64,000 nt of DNA, from contig CASEYW010000043.1 of assembly GCA_949292215.1 (NCBI GenBank), positions 12,736-76,735 of the forward strand, written 5' to 3'. Shown piece after piece: positions 1-10,319 of this stretch. The notes under the pieces are model-generated. The model had not been told where the DNA came from. It ran no database searches and was given only the letters and a program-made list of their open reading frames with translations. The translations under genes and the position numbers were made by a program. The number at the start of each line of letters is the position of its first letter. Within the stretch, counting starts at the first letter, position 1. The stretch comes from an uncultured bacterium (lineage in GTDB: Bacteria; Verrucomicrobiota; Lentisphaeria; Victivallales; UBA1829).

Positions 1-2
1 GC

Positions 3-323
3 ACAGCAGGAATTCAGCGAAAGGTTGAAACGGACCAGCCTGGTATACAGGGCTTCCTGCTGAAGGATCAGCAATACAGATATCTGGTTGTCTCCGCCTT
101 CAACGGATTCGACAACCTTCGAAACCTCAAATCCGGAACCTCTCTTCCCGTGACCATCCGTCTGCATCTGGAATCTCCAGTCCCGCGAACATGGAAGATC
201 ACACGCCTCTATCCGGCGTCAGCTCCGATCACCCTAAGTACGGAAGAACTGCGCGGAAACGGAATCCGTACCATTCTTGCTCCTTCCGATCTGGAAATTT
301 ATCGGCTCGAATCAAAACAATAA
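3..323 (+). CDS. 3' end of an unidentified protein-coding gene (5' part lies outside the window)
   Basis: This frame is open from the window edge to TAA at 321-323 (my translation: ...GIRTILAPSDLEIYRLESKQ*). It is absent from the ORF track because it has no start codon in the window. It ends 18 nt before the next gene. No family recognised. Confidence 0.4.
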   Translation, partial: TAGIQRKVETDQPGIQGFLLKDQQYRYLVVSAFNGFDNLRNLKSGTSLPVTIRLHLESPVPRTWKITRLYPASAPITLSTEELRGNGIRTILAPSDLEIYRLESKQ

Positions 324-341
324 CAGAAAAAGGCGATTCAA

Positions 342-1082
342 ATGAACAGAAGAAAAATGGACTTCACTCTGATAGAACTCCTCGTGGTAATTGCGATCAT
401 TGCCATCCTGGCAGGCATGCTGCTTCCGGCACTGAACAGCGCAAGAGAAAAAGCCAGAACCATGACCTGCCTGAACCAGATGAAGCAGATCGGCGCAGCA
501 GTAAACACCTATACGGGAGAAAACGACGATGTCGTCCCCGGATACCGGATGAGTGAAACCGATACGGAGGAAAAAGACCGCTGGGTCGCCATGCTCAACC
601 ATTATGTCAATCAAATGCCATGGCTCTGGGCATGTCCAAGTTCTCCGCAGTCAAACAACCCGTCTGCAATGAATTATCTCCATAACTACCGGACTCCGGG
701 ACCGACTTTCTTTTCCGAACTCCGGAAAGTTCAGGGGATTGGAATCAACTCCATGGACTGGCGCGCCTCTGCGGTTCCCCGCGTATCCTTTGCCTATTCC
801 TGGTTCAAGGCGGGACAGATCAAAAACCCCTCCATGGTCATCTACAGTGGAGACTGCGCCGGAGAACTCCTCGGAAACACTCAGGGGCAGCTCCGTTTCG
901 AGGCCTATGTCTATCCCAGCACCAACGCTTTGAGAATGCAGCCCTATCACAATGGAGGCTTCGGGATCAACGCACATTTCTTCGACGGTCATGTGGAAAC
1001 CCTCCCTCAGAGCAGGGCTTACATGTGGACACAAACAGCATCCAACGGAGTCGGAAAAAATCACTTCTTCGTCACAAAATAG
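342..1082 (+). CDS. prepilin-type N-terminal cleavage/methylation protein, H-X9-DG/DUF1559-like
   Basis: The N-terminus [27 protein letters not shown] is a type IV pilin-like leader plus hydrophobic helix. The C-terminus [20 protein letters not shown] is the H..DG(H) signature of the DUF1559 family. Confidence 0.85.
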   Translation: MNRRKMDFTLIELLVVIAIIAILAGMLLPALNSAREKARTMTCLNQMKQIGAAVNTYTGENDDVVPGYRMSETDTEEKDRWVAMLNHYVNQMPWLWACPSSPQSNNPSAMNYLHNYRTPGPTFFSELRKVQGIGINSMDWRASAVPRVSFAYSWFKAGQIKNPSMVIYSGDCAGELLGNTQGQLRFEAYVYPSTNALRMQPYHNGGFGINAHFFDGHVETLPQSRAYMWTQTASNGVGKNHFFVTK

Positions 1083-1112
1083 ACGATTGAAATCCGACGA
1101 AAAAGAAGAGGA

Positions 1113-1841
1113 TCATCTTGTCCTGTCCGAATGTTTCCGTTCCATCATCCGGATCATCCGGCACGCCAGCACTCCCGCGCCGAACCCGTTGTCGATGTTC
1201 ACCACCGACATTCCCTCCGCGCAGGAATTCAGCATTGCCAGCAGCGGCGCAACCCCGTTGAAACTCGCACCGTAACCGACCGACGTCGGAACCGCCACCA
1301 GCGGAGCTTCCACGAGTCCCGCAAGAACACTTCCCAGCGCACCTTCCATCCCGGCTACGGCAATCACCACATCCGCCCGGCGAATCTCCTCAATCCGCGC
1401 CAGCAGACGATGCAGTCCGGCAACCCCCACATCGAAATGACGCCCGACCTTCGCTCCGAAAAATTCCGCCGTCCGCGCCGCCTCCTCCGCTACCGGAATA
1501 TCCGCCGTACCTCCCGTGCAGACCGCGACAGAACCGTTCAACTCCGGCATGTTCCCCCACGTCGAACACAAAATACGCGAAACGGGATCGTACTCCACCG
1601 GAATTCCGTCCTGTCTCAGAAACTCCGCCTGAACCGGAGAACATTTTGTTCCGAGCGCGGGTGTTCCAGCCTCCCGAAACGCACGCATGATCGACAGAAG
1701 CTGTTCCGGCGTCTTCCCCGGACAATAGACCGTTTCCCCGAGACCGGTCCGCGCCGATCGTGTCATATCGAGCTTGGCAAATCCCAAATCCTTGAATGAA
1801 TCCATCTTCCTATCCTTCCTTCCGGATGTTTCCTGTCTCAA
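1113..1841 (-). CDS. larB: nickel-pincer cofactor biosynthesis protein LarB (PurE-like carboxylase/hydrolase)
   Basis: Motifs DLGFAKLD, YCPGKTPEQL, CTGGTADIPVAEEAARTAEFFG and IAVAGMEGALGSVLAGLV...VPTSVGYG are typical of LarB/NCAIR-mutase-like proteins. The true start may be the internal MDSFKDLGF at 1805. Confidence 0.8.
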   Translation of the reverse strand: MRQETSGRKDRKMDSFKDLGFAKLDMTRSARTGLGETVYCPGKTPEQLLSIMRAFREAGTPALGTKCSPVQAEFLRQDGIPVEYDPVSRILCSTWGNMPELNGSVAVCTGGTADIPVAEEAARTAEFFGAKVGRHFDVGVAGLHRLLARIEEIRRADVVIAVAGMEGALGSVLAGLVEAPLVAVPTSVGYGASFNGVAPLLAMLNSCAEGMSVVNIDNGFGAGVLACRMIRMMERKHSDRTR

Positions 1842-1877
1842 GAGACGACACTCCGACCGCAGATCTAAATTCCGATC

Positions 1878-1916
1878 GAAAACAAAACCGCCGTATGAAC
1901 ACTTTCCATACGGCGG
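1878..1916 (-). terminator. intrinsic terminator downstream of the 1950-2660 pseudopilin gene
   Basis: On the minus strand, a 10-bp stem CCGCCGTATG/CATACGGCGG (1888-1897 / 1907-1916) is followed by TTTTGTTTTC. Confidence 0.6.
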
Positions 1917-1949
1917 AATCGGAACATCGCACAGCAGAACCGGCGGTTC

Positions 1950-2660
1950 TTATTTCGTTTCAACGTAATTGTAGGTTTTCATCTTGTCTTTGATTCTGCT
2001 GGCGTCGAAATTATCGACACGGCCATCGGCCATCACGGCATTGGCACGGTCGGAATGGCGCAGGACAATATTTCCTTCTCCACCCGAACCGGCACCGCCG
2101 GATCCTTCATCAAGGAAGTAGGCTTCAGGTTCCTTACCGGTTCCCAGTGTGGAATCCGCGGCAAGAACATGCTTGTTGTCAATCTGCGAACGGATCCGGT
2201 AATACACAGAAGAAGAAGCCACTTTCACTGTGCCTTCATCCGAATTACCGACCGGAACGCCGTAAGAATTCAGTTTTCCGGGATTGCCATAGGTGATCGG
2301 ACAGTTCACAACGGTTCTTGCGGTATCGGTCGCATCAAATTTCGGCAGATATTTTTTCGTTCCGAGACGAATGTACCACGGAATGTTGGTTGCGTTCTCA
2401 AGTGCATCTTCCGATGTCGGCTGGGAAGTTGCTGCCGAGGAGGAAGGAGCTCCGGCAAAATCGGCCGGAGGCAGGAGATCGTCAAAATCGTTCGCATACA
2501 GCATGAAGGTCGCGCCCACCTGCTTCAGATTGCTGATGCAGGCCGCATTCTGCGCACTGGCACGCGATTTGTTCAGCGCAGGCAGAAGCAGTCCGGCAAG
2601 AATCGCGATAATAGAAATGACCACCAGGAGTTCCGTCAGGGTAAAATTTTGTTTCTTCAT
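1950..2660 (-). CDS. prepilin-type N-terminal cleavage/methylation protein, H-X9-DG/DUF1559-like
   Basis: The start was chosen at MKKQNFTLTELLVVISIIAILAGLLLPAL (ATG at 2660). The C-terminus LRHSDRANAVMADGRVDNF is an exact H-X9-DG spacing. The longer ORF start at 2702 would overlap the upstream gene. Confidence 0.85.
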   Translation of the reverse strand: MKKQNFTLTELLVVISIIAILAGLLLPALNKSRASAQNAACISNLKQVGATFMLYANDFDDLLPPADFAGAPSSSAATSQPTSEDALENATNIPWYIRLGTKKYLPKFDATDTARTVVNCPITYGNPGKLNSYGVPVGNSDEGTVKVASSSVYYRIRSQIDNKHVLAADSTLGTGKEPEAYFLDEGSGGAGSGGEGNIVLRHSDRANAVMADGRVDNFDASRIKDKMKTYNYVETK

Positions 2661-2671
2661 TTTTCTGTTCC

Positions 2672-3379
2672 TTATTTTGAATAGGTTTTTGCACCTTCCC
2701 ATGATGTTGCATAACGAACCGTATCATCTTTCTCCGGATTGCTCTTGGGAGTCCCTTCGCGGGTAAAGACAGCAATCGGAGTCAGGAGTTTTTCCTTTCT
2801 CTCTTTGGGCGACAGTCCTGCAGGAACAAAACTCGCATCAAGCCCTTCCAGTTTATTCAGCATTTCCCCATCGGTCTTATAAACGATGCTGTATGTTTTG
2901 CCCCACGGGTCCAGAAAACCCTTGCCTTTTGCATAATTGGAAGTCGGATCCAGAAATTTCATTCTCTTCTTATTGTTTGCCCAGTCAGCAGGATCAACAG
3001 CCGTATCGGTTTCGGAATCCAACCCAGTCTTTACCGACGGATTATCATACTGGTAACCGATCATCATGGAAAAGAAAAATTTATATTTAGTATCCGGAGA
3101 TGTTGTATAACCACCCACGCAATATTGTTTTTCTGAGGTAACTTCTGATCCTGTATTAGGCGGAGCACCGGTTTCCGCACTTTTCGGATACGGCATCATG
3201 CTGTATTCCGTTTCGAAATTCTTGATAGCGAGCTGAATGGTATTGCACTCCGCAGCCGCCTGATTCAGTTTTGCCGTCTCCATGCTCCGGCTGATCACGG
3301 GAATCGCAAGTCCGGCAAGAATCACTATAATTCCCACGACCACAAGGATTTCCACCAATGTGAAACTTCTCTTTTTCAT
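2672..3379 (-). CDS. type II secretion pseudopilin-like protein (GspG-like, prepilin-type N-terminus)
   Basis: MKKRSFTLVEILVVVGIIVILAGLAIPV is followed by AKLNQAAAECNTIQLAIKNFETEY, which resembles the GspG-type helix. There is no H-X9-DG tail. The start was set at the internal M (3379) that directly precedes the pilin motif. Confidence 0.7.
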   Translation of the reverse strand: MKKRSFTLVEILVVVGIIVILAGLAIPVISRSMETAKLNQAAAECNTIQLAIKNFETEYSMMPYPKSAETGAPPNTGSEVTSEKQYCVGGYTTSPDTKYKFFFSMMIGYQYDNPSVKTGLDSETDTAVDPADWANNKKRMKFLDPTSNYAKGKGFLDPWGKTYSIVYKTDGEMLNKLEGLDASFVPAGLSPKERKEKLLTPIAVFTREGTPKSNPEKDDTVRYATSWEGAKTYSK

Positions 3380-3554
3380 TGGAACATACTCCTTCACGTT
3401 CTTAAGGTTCTTCCGTGGAGCATTATACAACATTTTTTCCTGCAAGTCAACCCCGTTTCCCGGAAAAAAACGGGAAGTTTTGAAAAAAAATGATTTTTTC
3501 ATCATCTTCCCGCTTTTTTTCTTTCCGGCGAACCGGAACAGACAAATAAATCCT

Positions 3555-4601
3555 CTATTTCAGAATCAGCATGCAGTCGCCGTAACTGAAAAAACGCATC
3601 CGTTCGCGGACCGCCAGACGGTACGCGTTCCGAATGTTCTCGCATCCGGCAAATGCACTGACCAGCATCAGAAGAGTGCTTTTCGGAAGATGAAAATTCG
3701 TCAGCAGAATATCTGCCGACAACACCTCATACGGTGGATAAATGAAAATATCTGTGCTCCCCGTATGCGGTTTGAACAGACGATCCGGCTGTACGCAGGA
3801 TTCCAGCACCCGGAGCGTGGTCGTACCGACTGCCGCGATCCGATGCCCTCCCCGGCGCGTCCGGTTCAACAGATCGGCGGTTTCTTCCGTAAAGCAGAAG
3901 TCCTCCGAGTGCATCTTGTGCTCGGCGATCTCCTCGACCGTCACCGGTTTGAACGTTCCCTGTCCCACATGAAGCGTCACGGTTGCTTTCTGCACACCTT
4001 TCGCGGCAAGTTCTTCCAGAATCTCTTTTGTAAAATGCAGTCCGGCGGTGGGCGCGGCGACCGCGCCGGGAGCCTCCGCATAGACGGTCTGATACCGTTC
4101 GGCATCCGGGGGCAGATTCTGCCGTTTGATGTAGGGCGGCAGCGGCACATGTCCACACTGCTCAATAATCTCCTCCGGAGCTTCCCCCGAGAGCTCCACG
4201 ACACATTCCCCGGAAGGCTCTTTCTCCAGTACAGTCACATGCCAGCCGGATGGCTCACCCTCTGTTCGGAGCAGATTGAGAACCGTTCCTTCGGAAACAC
4301 GCTTTCCCGGTTTCAGGAAACAGGTCCAGCAACGGTGATCTGCCCTCGGCCGCAGCAGCATGATCTCAATCCTTGCCCCGGTCTCCTTCAAAGCGAACAG
4401 ACGCGCCCGGATCACCCGTGTGTTGTTGACCGCAATGCAGTCGCCGGGCTCCAGATAATCGACAATCCGGCGGAACGGCATGATCTCGCACTTTCCCGAC
4501 CGGGAATCCAGAACCAGCATGCGCGAATCCCCCCGGTGTTCCGGAGGATTCTGGGCAATGAGCTCTTCCGGAAGCTCGTAATCGAAATCAGAGGTGCGCA
4601 T
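3555..4601 (-). CDS. queA: S-adenosylmethionine:tRNA ribosyltransferase-isomerase
   Basis: MRTSDFDYELPEELIAQNP is the canonical QueA N-terminus, and the protein ends ...FFSYGDCMLI. The start at 4601 avoids an overlap with glgA. Confidence 0.9.
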   Translation of the reverse strand: MRTSDFDYELPEELIAQNPPEHRGDSRMLVLDSRSGKCEIMPFRRIVDYLEPGDCIAVNNTRVIRARLFALKETGARIEIMLLRPRADHRCWTCFLKPGKRVSEGTVLNLLRTEGEPSGWHVTVLEKEPSGECVVELSGEAPEEIIEQCGHVPLPPYIKRQNLPPDAERYQTVYAEAPGAVAAPTAGLHFTKEILEELAAKGVQKATVTLHVGQGTFKPVTVEEIAEHKMHSEDFCFTEETADLLNRTRRGGHRIAAVGTTTLRVLESCVQPDRLFKPHTGSTDIFIYPPYEVLSADILLTNFHLPKSTLLMLVSAFAGCENIRNAYRLAVRERMRFFSYGDCMLILK

Positions 4602-6057
4602 CTTGATACATCTTTTCATATTCGGAAGCGGTTCTGTTCCAGGAGAAGTCGGTGGTCATTCCCCTGCGCTGCATCAGACGGCAGTCGTCACGGTGATTGC
4701 GCCAGATATCGGCCGCCCAGCGGATCGTACCGTTGAGCGATGCCGCATTGAGATCCCACAGAACGAATCCCGTGGAGTTTTCCGGATGATTCGCATCATA
4801 ATTGAATACCGTATCCGCCAGTCCGCCGGTATGACGGACAATCGGGAGCGTTCCGTATGCCATCGAATACATCTGGTTGAGCCCGCAGGGCTCATAACGC
4901 GAAGGCATGACAAACAAGTCCGCGCCCGCCTCCACCAGGTGCGCCGCAGGTTCTCCGGCATAGCCGAGATAGAGAGCAAATTTCTGTGGGTATTTCTGCG
5001 CGAGATACTGCATATGCCCCTCAATTCCCTTCTCTCCGGAAGTGACGATCACGAACTGAAGATCGTCGTTGTAGAGCAGATCCTCCAGACCGAAGTTCAG
5101 GACATCCAGCCCTTTCTGGTGAGCGAGACGGGAAATGACGGCAAAAACGGGGACATCATCCCGGACAGGCAGTCCGTATTTTTCCTGAAGCACCCGCTTG
5201 CAGACCGCCTTTCCTTCCATCGAATCCGCGGAATAGACGGCAGGCAGGAAACGATCCGTCGCCGGATTCCAGACCTTTGCATCGATACCGTTCAGAATTC
5301 CCCGCAGCTTGCCGAGTCCGGCACGGGAACGAAGGGCTCCGTCGAGACCGAATCCATATTCAGAGGAGAGGATCTCCTGCGCATAGGTCGGGCTGACGGT
5401 CGAAACCATGTCCGCCGTCATAATACCGCCTTTCAGCAGATTGAGCTGGTCATACCACTCCAGACAGAGATAATTGAAATAGTCCCATCCGAGTCCCGTC
5501 CAGAAAAGATTGCCTTTGTTGAAGACGCCCTGATAGCCGATGTTGTGAATCGTCATAACGGAACGGCAGTTGCGGAACTGCTCATTGTCGCGGTACAGAT
5601 GGCTCTTGAGATAGACACAGCAGAGAGCCGCATGCCAGTCGTTCGCATGGAGAATATCCGGAGCAAGGCGGAAGTTGGAAGCAAGCTCCATCGCCGCACG
5701 GGAGAGGAAAATAAAACGCATGGCGTTGTCGGCAAATTCGCTTCCGCACCAGTCATAAAGGGCGGCACGGTCAAAAAAACGGTGATATTCAATAAAATAA
5801 TAGGTCAGGTTGTCGTTGATTCTCAACTCGTTGACCTTTGCCCACTCGCATCCGGAGCCGAATGGGACCCGGAGAAGATCGTGAGTCGCGCTGAACTTGA
5901 GATTGAGCTTTCCCATAATCTGCGGATAAAACGGCATTACGACGGAGACATGATGTCCGCGCTCCGAAAGAGCAAGAGGCAGAGCACTGGAAACATCTGC
6001 AAGACCACCAGTCTTCGCATACGGAACCGCTTCGCTTGTCACCCATAAGATATTCAT
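4588..6057 (-). CDS. glgA: glycogen synthase (ADP-glucose type, GT5)
   Basis: MNILWVTSEAVPYAKTGGLADV contains the KTGGL motif. Length is 489 aa, with PSRYEPCGLNQMY in the C-terminal half. Confidence 0.9.
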   Translation of the reverse strand: MNILWVTSEAVPYAKTGGLADVSSALPLALSERGHHVSVVMPFYPQIMGKLNLKFSATHDLLRVPFGSGCEWAKVNELRINDNLTYYFIEYHRFFDRAALYDWCGSEFADNAMRFIFLSRAAMELASNFRLAPDILHANDWHAALCCVYLKSHLYRDNEQFRNCRSVMTIHNIGYQGVFNKGNLFWTGLGWDYFNYLCLEWYDQLNLLKGGIMTADMVSTVSPTYAQEILSSEYGFGLDGALRSRAGLGKLRGILNGIDAKVWNPATDRFLPAVYSADSMEGKAVCKRVLQEKYGLPVRDDVPVFAVISRLAHQKGLDVLNFGLEDLLYNDDLQFVIVTSGEKGIEGHMQYLAQKYPQKFALYLGYAGEPAAHLVEAGADLFVMPSRYEPCGLNQMYSMAYGTLPIVRHTGGLADTVFNYDANHPENSTGFVLWDLNAASLNGTIRWAADIWRNHRDDCRLMQRRGMTTDFSWNRTASEYEKMYQDAHL

Positions 6058-6081
6058 ATTTCAACCCCTTTCTATCCTTGG

Positions 6082-6975
6082 TCAACGGGAGGATTGTCCC
6101 GATTTCATCTGTTCACGCGCTTTCCGCAGAGTCTCCATTTCGCTCTCGGAAAGACTGTTGATGCCGCTTCTGGAAATCTTGTCAAGAAGCCGGTCCAGCT
6201 CGGCACGGGAAACGGCATTGCCTTTGGTATAGGAATCATAGGCGGAAACGGTCCAGCCCCTTGGGGGTTTGGATGGTGCAGCTTCTCCCTGGTCCTCCGG
6301 ACGCGGAAACGAAACGCTCCGTTTCCCGAACAGAGCCCCCAGCGGATGCCAGACCACCACCTCCGCCGCCCACATCTCCATGAACAGAAATCCGCCGATG
6401 AATCCCCCGATATGAGCAAGATAGGCAATGTTCGAAGGCATCGTCTGCTGCTGAATCACTTCCAGAATAATGTAGACAATCGCCATCGTCTTCAGTTTAA
6501 CCGGCACCGGAAAAAAGAGAAGAAGCACCTGAATATTCGGCATCATCATCGCAGTCGCCATGATGACCCCCACGACTGCTCCGCTCGCACCAAGCAGCAG
6601 AAATGCGGAATTCATATTGAACACAAACCAGAGCAGATTGCCCGCCACTCCTGAAACCAGATACAGCGCCAGAAACCGCTTCCAGCCGAGAACAGACGCC
6701 GAAAGAGAACCGAACATGTAAAGCCCGAACATATTGAAAAACAGATGCCAGAAATCCACATGAGTGAATGCGGCAGTGACAAACCGCCAGATTTCAAACG
6801 TTGCAAGAACATTTCCGCTGAGAACAAACAACCCGGCGAACGACTGTCCCCCCAGAAGCGAAAGCAGATAAACCACCACATTGACCCCGATCAGCACAAG
6901 AAGACACTCCATTCCGCCTTCTGCCGACATCGGTCGTCCGGACGCCCTACGCATATAATCCCGATCTCCAAGCAT
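6082..6975 (-). CDS. rhomboid family intramembrane serine protease with C-terminal soluble extension
   Basis: Motifs FTHVDFWHLFFNM, GASGAVVGV (catalytic Ser) and HIGGFIGG (catalytic His), with multiple TM segments. The roughly 90-aa tail ends ...SRAELDRLLDKISRSGINSLSESEMETLRKAREQM. Confidence 0.85.
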   Translation of the reverse strand: MLGDRDYMRRASGRPMSAEGGMECLLVLIGVNVVVYLLSLLGGQSFAGLFVLSGNVLATFEIWRFVTAAFTHVDFWHLFFNMFGLYMFGSLSASVLGWKRFLALYLVSGVAGNLLWFVFNMNSAFLLLGASGAVVGVIMATAMMMPNIQVLLLFFPVPVKLKTMAIVYIILEVIQQQTMPSNIAYLAHIGGFIGGFLFMEMWAAEVVVWHPLGALFGKRSVSFPRPEDQGEAAPSKPPRGWTVSAYDSYTKGNAVSRAELDRLLDKISRSGINSLSESEMETLRKAREQMKSGQSSR

Positions 6976-7148
6976 AAAAAATCCCCTGTATCACAACTGT
7001 TGTCCACAACTGTAATATACAGCGGAAAACGACAAGTACAAGGGAACTTCGCACGCACGCACAACTTCGAACGATTTTCCGCGGAAAGGCATCGCAAATT
7101 CCTTCTCAACCTTCTCCTGATGCAGAAGATGAAAAAAAGGAACAATGC

Positions 7149-7919
7149 TCAATCGGAAGAACCGCTCGGAAAAGCAAAACGCTCCAGATTCCGCCGGAGA
7201 AGATAAATGGTCGACCAGCCTCCGTGATACTCGACATCCTTCAGAACACTGAACGGAGACTGCGCAGCGGCATGACCGTCATAAAACCAGGTATTCGTAG
7301 TATTGTCTGAATGAATCAGCCAGCGATGGTTGCTGGTGGCAACGCAGTCCTGAAACACGGAAGCGGAAGATCCTGCCTTCGAATTGCCCGCAATATACCC
7401 GCTGTCAACCGCACCGAACACTCTGGAGAGAGACAATTTCTTCTTTATGAAACTTTTGAGATCAACAAACGAATGCACGGCATCGCCGCTACCCACTTTC
7501 AGGAAATACTCCTCTCCATGAAAACCGTATTTATGACAGTAAGGAGTTCCGTAAAAGCGGTATTTGATATCGCTGACCGTTCCATTCGAGCTTGCAATCC
7601 TGGAAGAAGGACAGAAATAGGGTTTGAATTTTGCTATTCTGGTCGTTGAAGCATCACCGGGAAGATAACCGTACTGAATCAGGAATTGAATCGTGCGCAG
7701 GCCGTTGGCATCCTTGATCGCGGAATGAACGAGATCGTTGTTCTCCGCAGCATAGGAGGCAATTCCAAGCCCCACTTGTTTCAGATTCGACAGACAGGCA
7801 GCGCCTTTCGCCTTGTCGCGCGCCCGATTCAGCGCCGGAAGCAGAAGCGCCGCCAGAATCGCAATGACCGCAATGACCACAAGGAGCTCTATCAATGTGA
7901 AAAATGCTCTTTTCATCAT
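7149..7919 (-). CDS. prepilin-type N-terminal cleavage/methylation protein, H-X9-DG/DUF1559-like
   Basis: [30 protein letters not shown] at the N-terminus and [19 protein letters not shown] at the C-terminus. The start ATGATGA overlaps the stop of the upstream LacI gene. Confidence 0.85.
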   Translation of the reverse strand: MMKRAFFTLIELLVVIAVIAILAALLLPALNRARDKAKGAACLSNLKQVGLGIASYAAENNDLVHSAIKDANGLRTIQFLIQYGYLPGDASTTRIAKFKPYFCPSSRIASSNGTVSDIKYRFYGTPYCHKYGFHGEEYFLKVGSGDAVHSFVDLKSFIKKKLSLSRVFGAVDSGYIAGNSKAGSSASVFQDCVATSNHRWLIHSDNTTNTWFYDGHAAAQSPFSVLKDVEYHGGWSTIYLLRRNLERFAFPSGSSD

Positions 7920-8989
7920 ACCCTCTCTTTCCTTCGAAAATGTTTATGATCCATGAGGTGTGTTTTGTTTTCCGGTGCCGCCGTCGACTGCTGAATCACA
8001 AGCAGAGGCTCCACCCAGACTTCCCGATGGATGGGGCGGCGACCGTTCCGCAACTGCTCCAGAATAAACAGCGCGGCAGAATACATTCCATTGAAATTGA
8101 GTTCCACAGAAGTCAGTTCCGGATACGAACTGGAGCCCTCGTTGACAATCCCATGCGTAATAATGCTGAGTTGTTCCGGAATCCGGATGCCGAGCTTCAA
8201 CGCGGCGGAAATCAAAGCCCGTCCAGTGAAAGAGCCGGAACAGTAGAGGGCTGTCGGACGCGGTTTCTGCATCAGGACCCGGAGGCTCCAGTCGAACATC
8301 CGTTTCATATAGTGCCGCTCATCCTCTTCCGCCTGCGGTTCTGCGGAGAGATCATCCCCGAGACGGTTCAAACCGAACTCCGCAAATGCCTTCTGCACCC
8401 CGTTCCATCTCTGACGGTGATAGTCAAATTTGATCGGCCCGAACGAAGCCATCACCTCCCTATGACCAAGTGCCGCAAGATACTCGACGGCCTGATACGC
8501 CCCCTTTTCCAGAGCCGCTCTCACCGAATATCTCCCGGGTTCTCCAAACATCACCAGAGGATAATCCGGATTTGACTCAAGAAATTTTCGAACGCCAGGA
8601 GTAAGATAACCGACATGAATCACGCCGCCGGCAACCCCGTCACGAATCAGCTCCGGAATGGAATCCTTCTTCTCAACCCGCGTGAAAAATTCAATCCGGC
8701 TGGACAACCCGCCACGCGAACAGAGCGCAAGGAATTCACTGATGTGTGCCAAATACGTCCCTCCGCGACGCAAATTTGAATCGCTGTCATTGATCACCAA
8801 CCCGACATCCACCGCCGGCTTGTTCCGGAGCTGACGGGCAGCAGCATTGGGCTCATACCCCATCTCTTTCGCTGTACGCAGAAGAATTTCACGGGTTTCC
8901 GGCCTCATGTTGCCGCGTCCGTTCAAGGCAGCGGAAACCGTTGAGACGGTCACACCGGTCTTTTCCGCTATATCCTTCAGTTTCACCAT
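7916..8989 (-). CDS. LacI family transcriptional regulator
   Basis: [55 protein letters not shown] is a LacI-type HTH, followed by a periplasmic-binding-protein-like domain. The start was set at the M preceding the HTH (8989). Confidence 0.9.
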   Translation of the reverse strand: MVKLKDIAEKTGVTVSTVSAALNGRGNMRPETREILLRTAKEMGYEPNAAARQLRNKPAVDVGLVINDSDSNLRRGGTYLAHISEFLALCSRGGLSSRIEFFTRVEKKDSIPELIRDGVAGGVIHVGYLTPGVRKFLESNPDYPLVMFGEPGRYSVRAALEKGAYQAVEYLAALGHREVMASFGPIKFDYHRQRWNGVQKAFAEFGLNRLGDDLSAEPQAEEDERHYMKRMFDWSLRVLMQKPRPTALYCSGSFTGRALISAALKLGIRIPEQLSIITHGIVNEGSSSYPELTSVELNFNGMYSAALFILEQLRNGRRPIHREVWVEPLLVIQQSTAAPENKTHLMDHKHFRRKERV

Positions 8990-9023
8990 TCTTCCCGCTC
9001 CAAAAAACAATAGAATAATTAAG

Positions 9024-9035
9024 AATAACGTTATT
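9024..9035. promoter_or_regulatory. candidate LacI-family operator (perfect 12-bp palindrome AATAACGTTATT)
   Basis: Perfect palindrome with a central CG, about 35 nt upstream of the LacI start (8989), in an AT-rich intergenic region. Flanking bases extend the symmetry imperfectly. Confidence 0.45.
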
Positions 9036-9161
9036 TTAATGATATTTTACACTATTTTCATGAAAAAGTCAACTTTATTTTTGAAAAAAGAAGGTTCCAA
9101 GGGAATTGACAGGGAAAAGACGTTGCAATGGATCTCCACCATCTTCCTCCGAAAAGGGTGG

Positions 9162-10199
9162 TCATCCCTTCCGCGGCGGAGCTGTGGTTGCGCCGTTAAT
9201 GAATTCGACATCGAAGACTTCGTGAATAGGTTCCTCAATCTTTTTTTCGATCAGGGAAATCAGAAGCTCGGAGGCATAAAAACCGATCCGGTGAGGATGC
9301 TCATCCACGGTTGTGAGTTTGATCAGGCGCTGAACCTCGGGGAAACCGCTGAATCCGGTCAGAGAAATATCTCCCGGAATCCGGATCCCCATCTCTTTCA
9401 GACTCCAGTAGAATTCAAAGGCGACATTATCCCCGTCGCAGGCGATCGCGGTTGCCTCCGGGAAACGCTTCAGAAGACGCCGCAGAAATTCCTGCGGAGA
9501 AAGTCCGGAACGAAAATAGGATTCCTTTGTCAGCGGGAGGATCGAATGCTTCTGCAGCTCTTCACGGAACCCGTCGTAGCGGCGAGAAAGAATATCAGCA
9601 ACCTGGGATATATAAATAATTTTGCGATGACCGAGCTCATACAGATGCGATGCGAGCATCTGTCCGCCATGATAGTCGTCGTGCATCAGATGATTGAACT
9701 CTCCGCGAAGGACCGGTATCCGGTTTTTGTCGATCCAGAGCGTCGGAAGGGGCAGCGTTGAAAGGTGATAGAAGTTTGCAATGATGACCCCGGAAACTCC
9801 GCTCATTTTTAAAAACTGAAGTGTCTCTTCGGGATCGTTGTTCACAAGGCTGTGATAAAACAACGTATTGTAACCGTATGCCTGAGCCCCCTCCTGAATC
9901 CCGATCAGAAGGGAGGAATAGTACGACACGGAAACATCTCCGGTAAATACGGCAATTGCTCCTTTGAAACGGGAAGCGCGCGGACGAACCACTGTTCCGC
10001 CGCCTCGTGCACGGCGTTCCAGATAGCCTTTGACCACGAGTTCTTCCACGGCGGAATTAGCCGTCATCTTGTTGATTTGAAAACGCTCTGCCAAATCATA
10101 TTTGGAGGGGATGCGCTTTCCTTCCGGAAAGGCTCCGCTGCGGATCTGTTCGAGCAGCCATTCCGTCACTTTCTGTCGCTTGTTTCCGAGAGGTTCCAT
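9162..10199 (-). CDS. GntR-family HTH fused to a LacI/PBP-type sugar-binding domain
   Basis: KVTEWLLEQIRSGAFPEGKRIPSKYDLAERFQINKMTANSAVEELVVKGYLERR is a GntR winged helix. It is followed by a LacI-like effector domain (IAVFTGD..., ...LTGFSGF). The start was chosen at MEPLGNK (10199); the ORF extends to 10259. Confidence 0.8.
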   Translation of the reverse strand: MEPLGNKRQKVTEWLLEQIRSGAFPEGKRIPSKYDLAERFQINKMTANSAVEELVVKGYLERRARGGGTVVRPRASRFKGAIAVFTGDVSVSYYSSLLIGIQEGAQAYGYNTLFYHSLVNNDPEETLQFLKMSGVSGVIIANFYHLSTLPLPTLWIDKNRIPVLRGEFNHLMHDDYHGGQMLASHLYELGHRKIIYISQVADILSRRYDGFREELQKHSILPLTKESYFRSGLSPQEFLRRLLKRFPEATAIACDGDNVAFEFYWSLKEMGIRIPGDISLTGFSGFPEVQRLIKLTTVDEHPHRIGFYASELLISLIEKKIEEPIHEVFDVEFINGATTAPPRKG

Positions 10200-10319
10200 A
10201 CAATTCCGTTGTTTTGTTCCGGTTTCTGTTACTATAAACGCAAGGACTCTTTTTTGCAACTGTTTTTTTTGAAAAAATTAGACCGTCTAAGATTTTTTAT
10301 TTTTTCTATTCTTGTGATA

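Noticed and set aside
3282-6048. Long plus-strand ORFs of 484 aa each (3282-4736 and 4594-6048) opposite queA and glgA
   Set aside because: They are antisense shadow ORFs. Their translations are low-complexity and Arg/Pro/His-rich with no recognisable motifs, whereas the minus-strand frames encode textbook QueA and GlgA.
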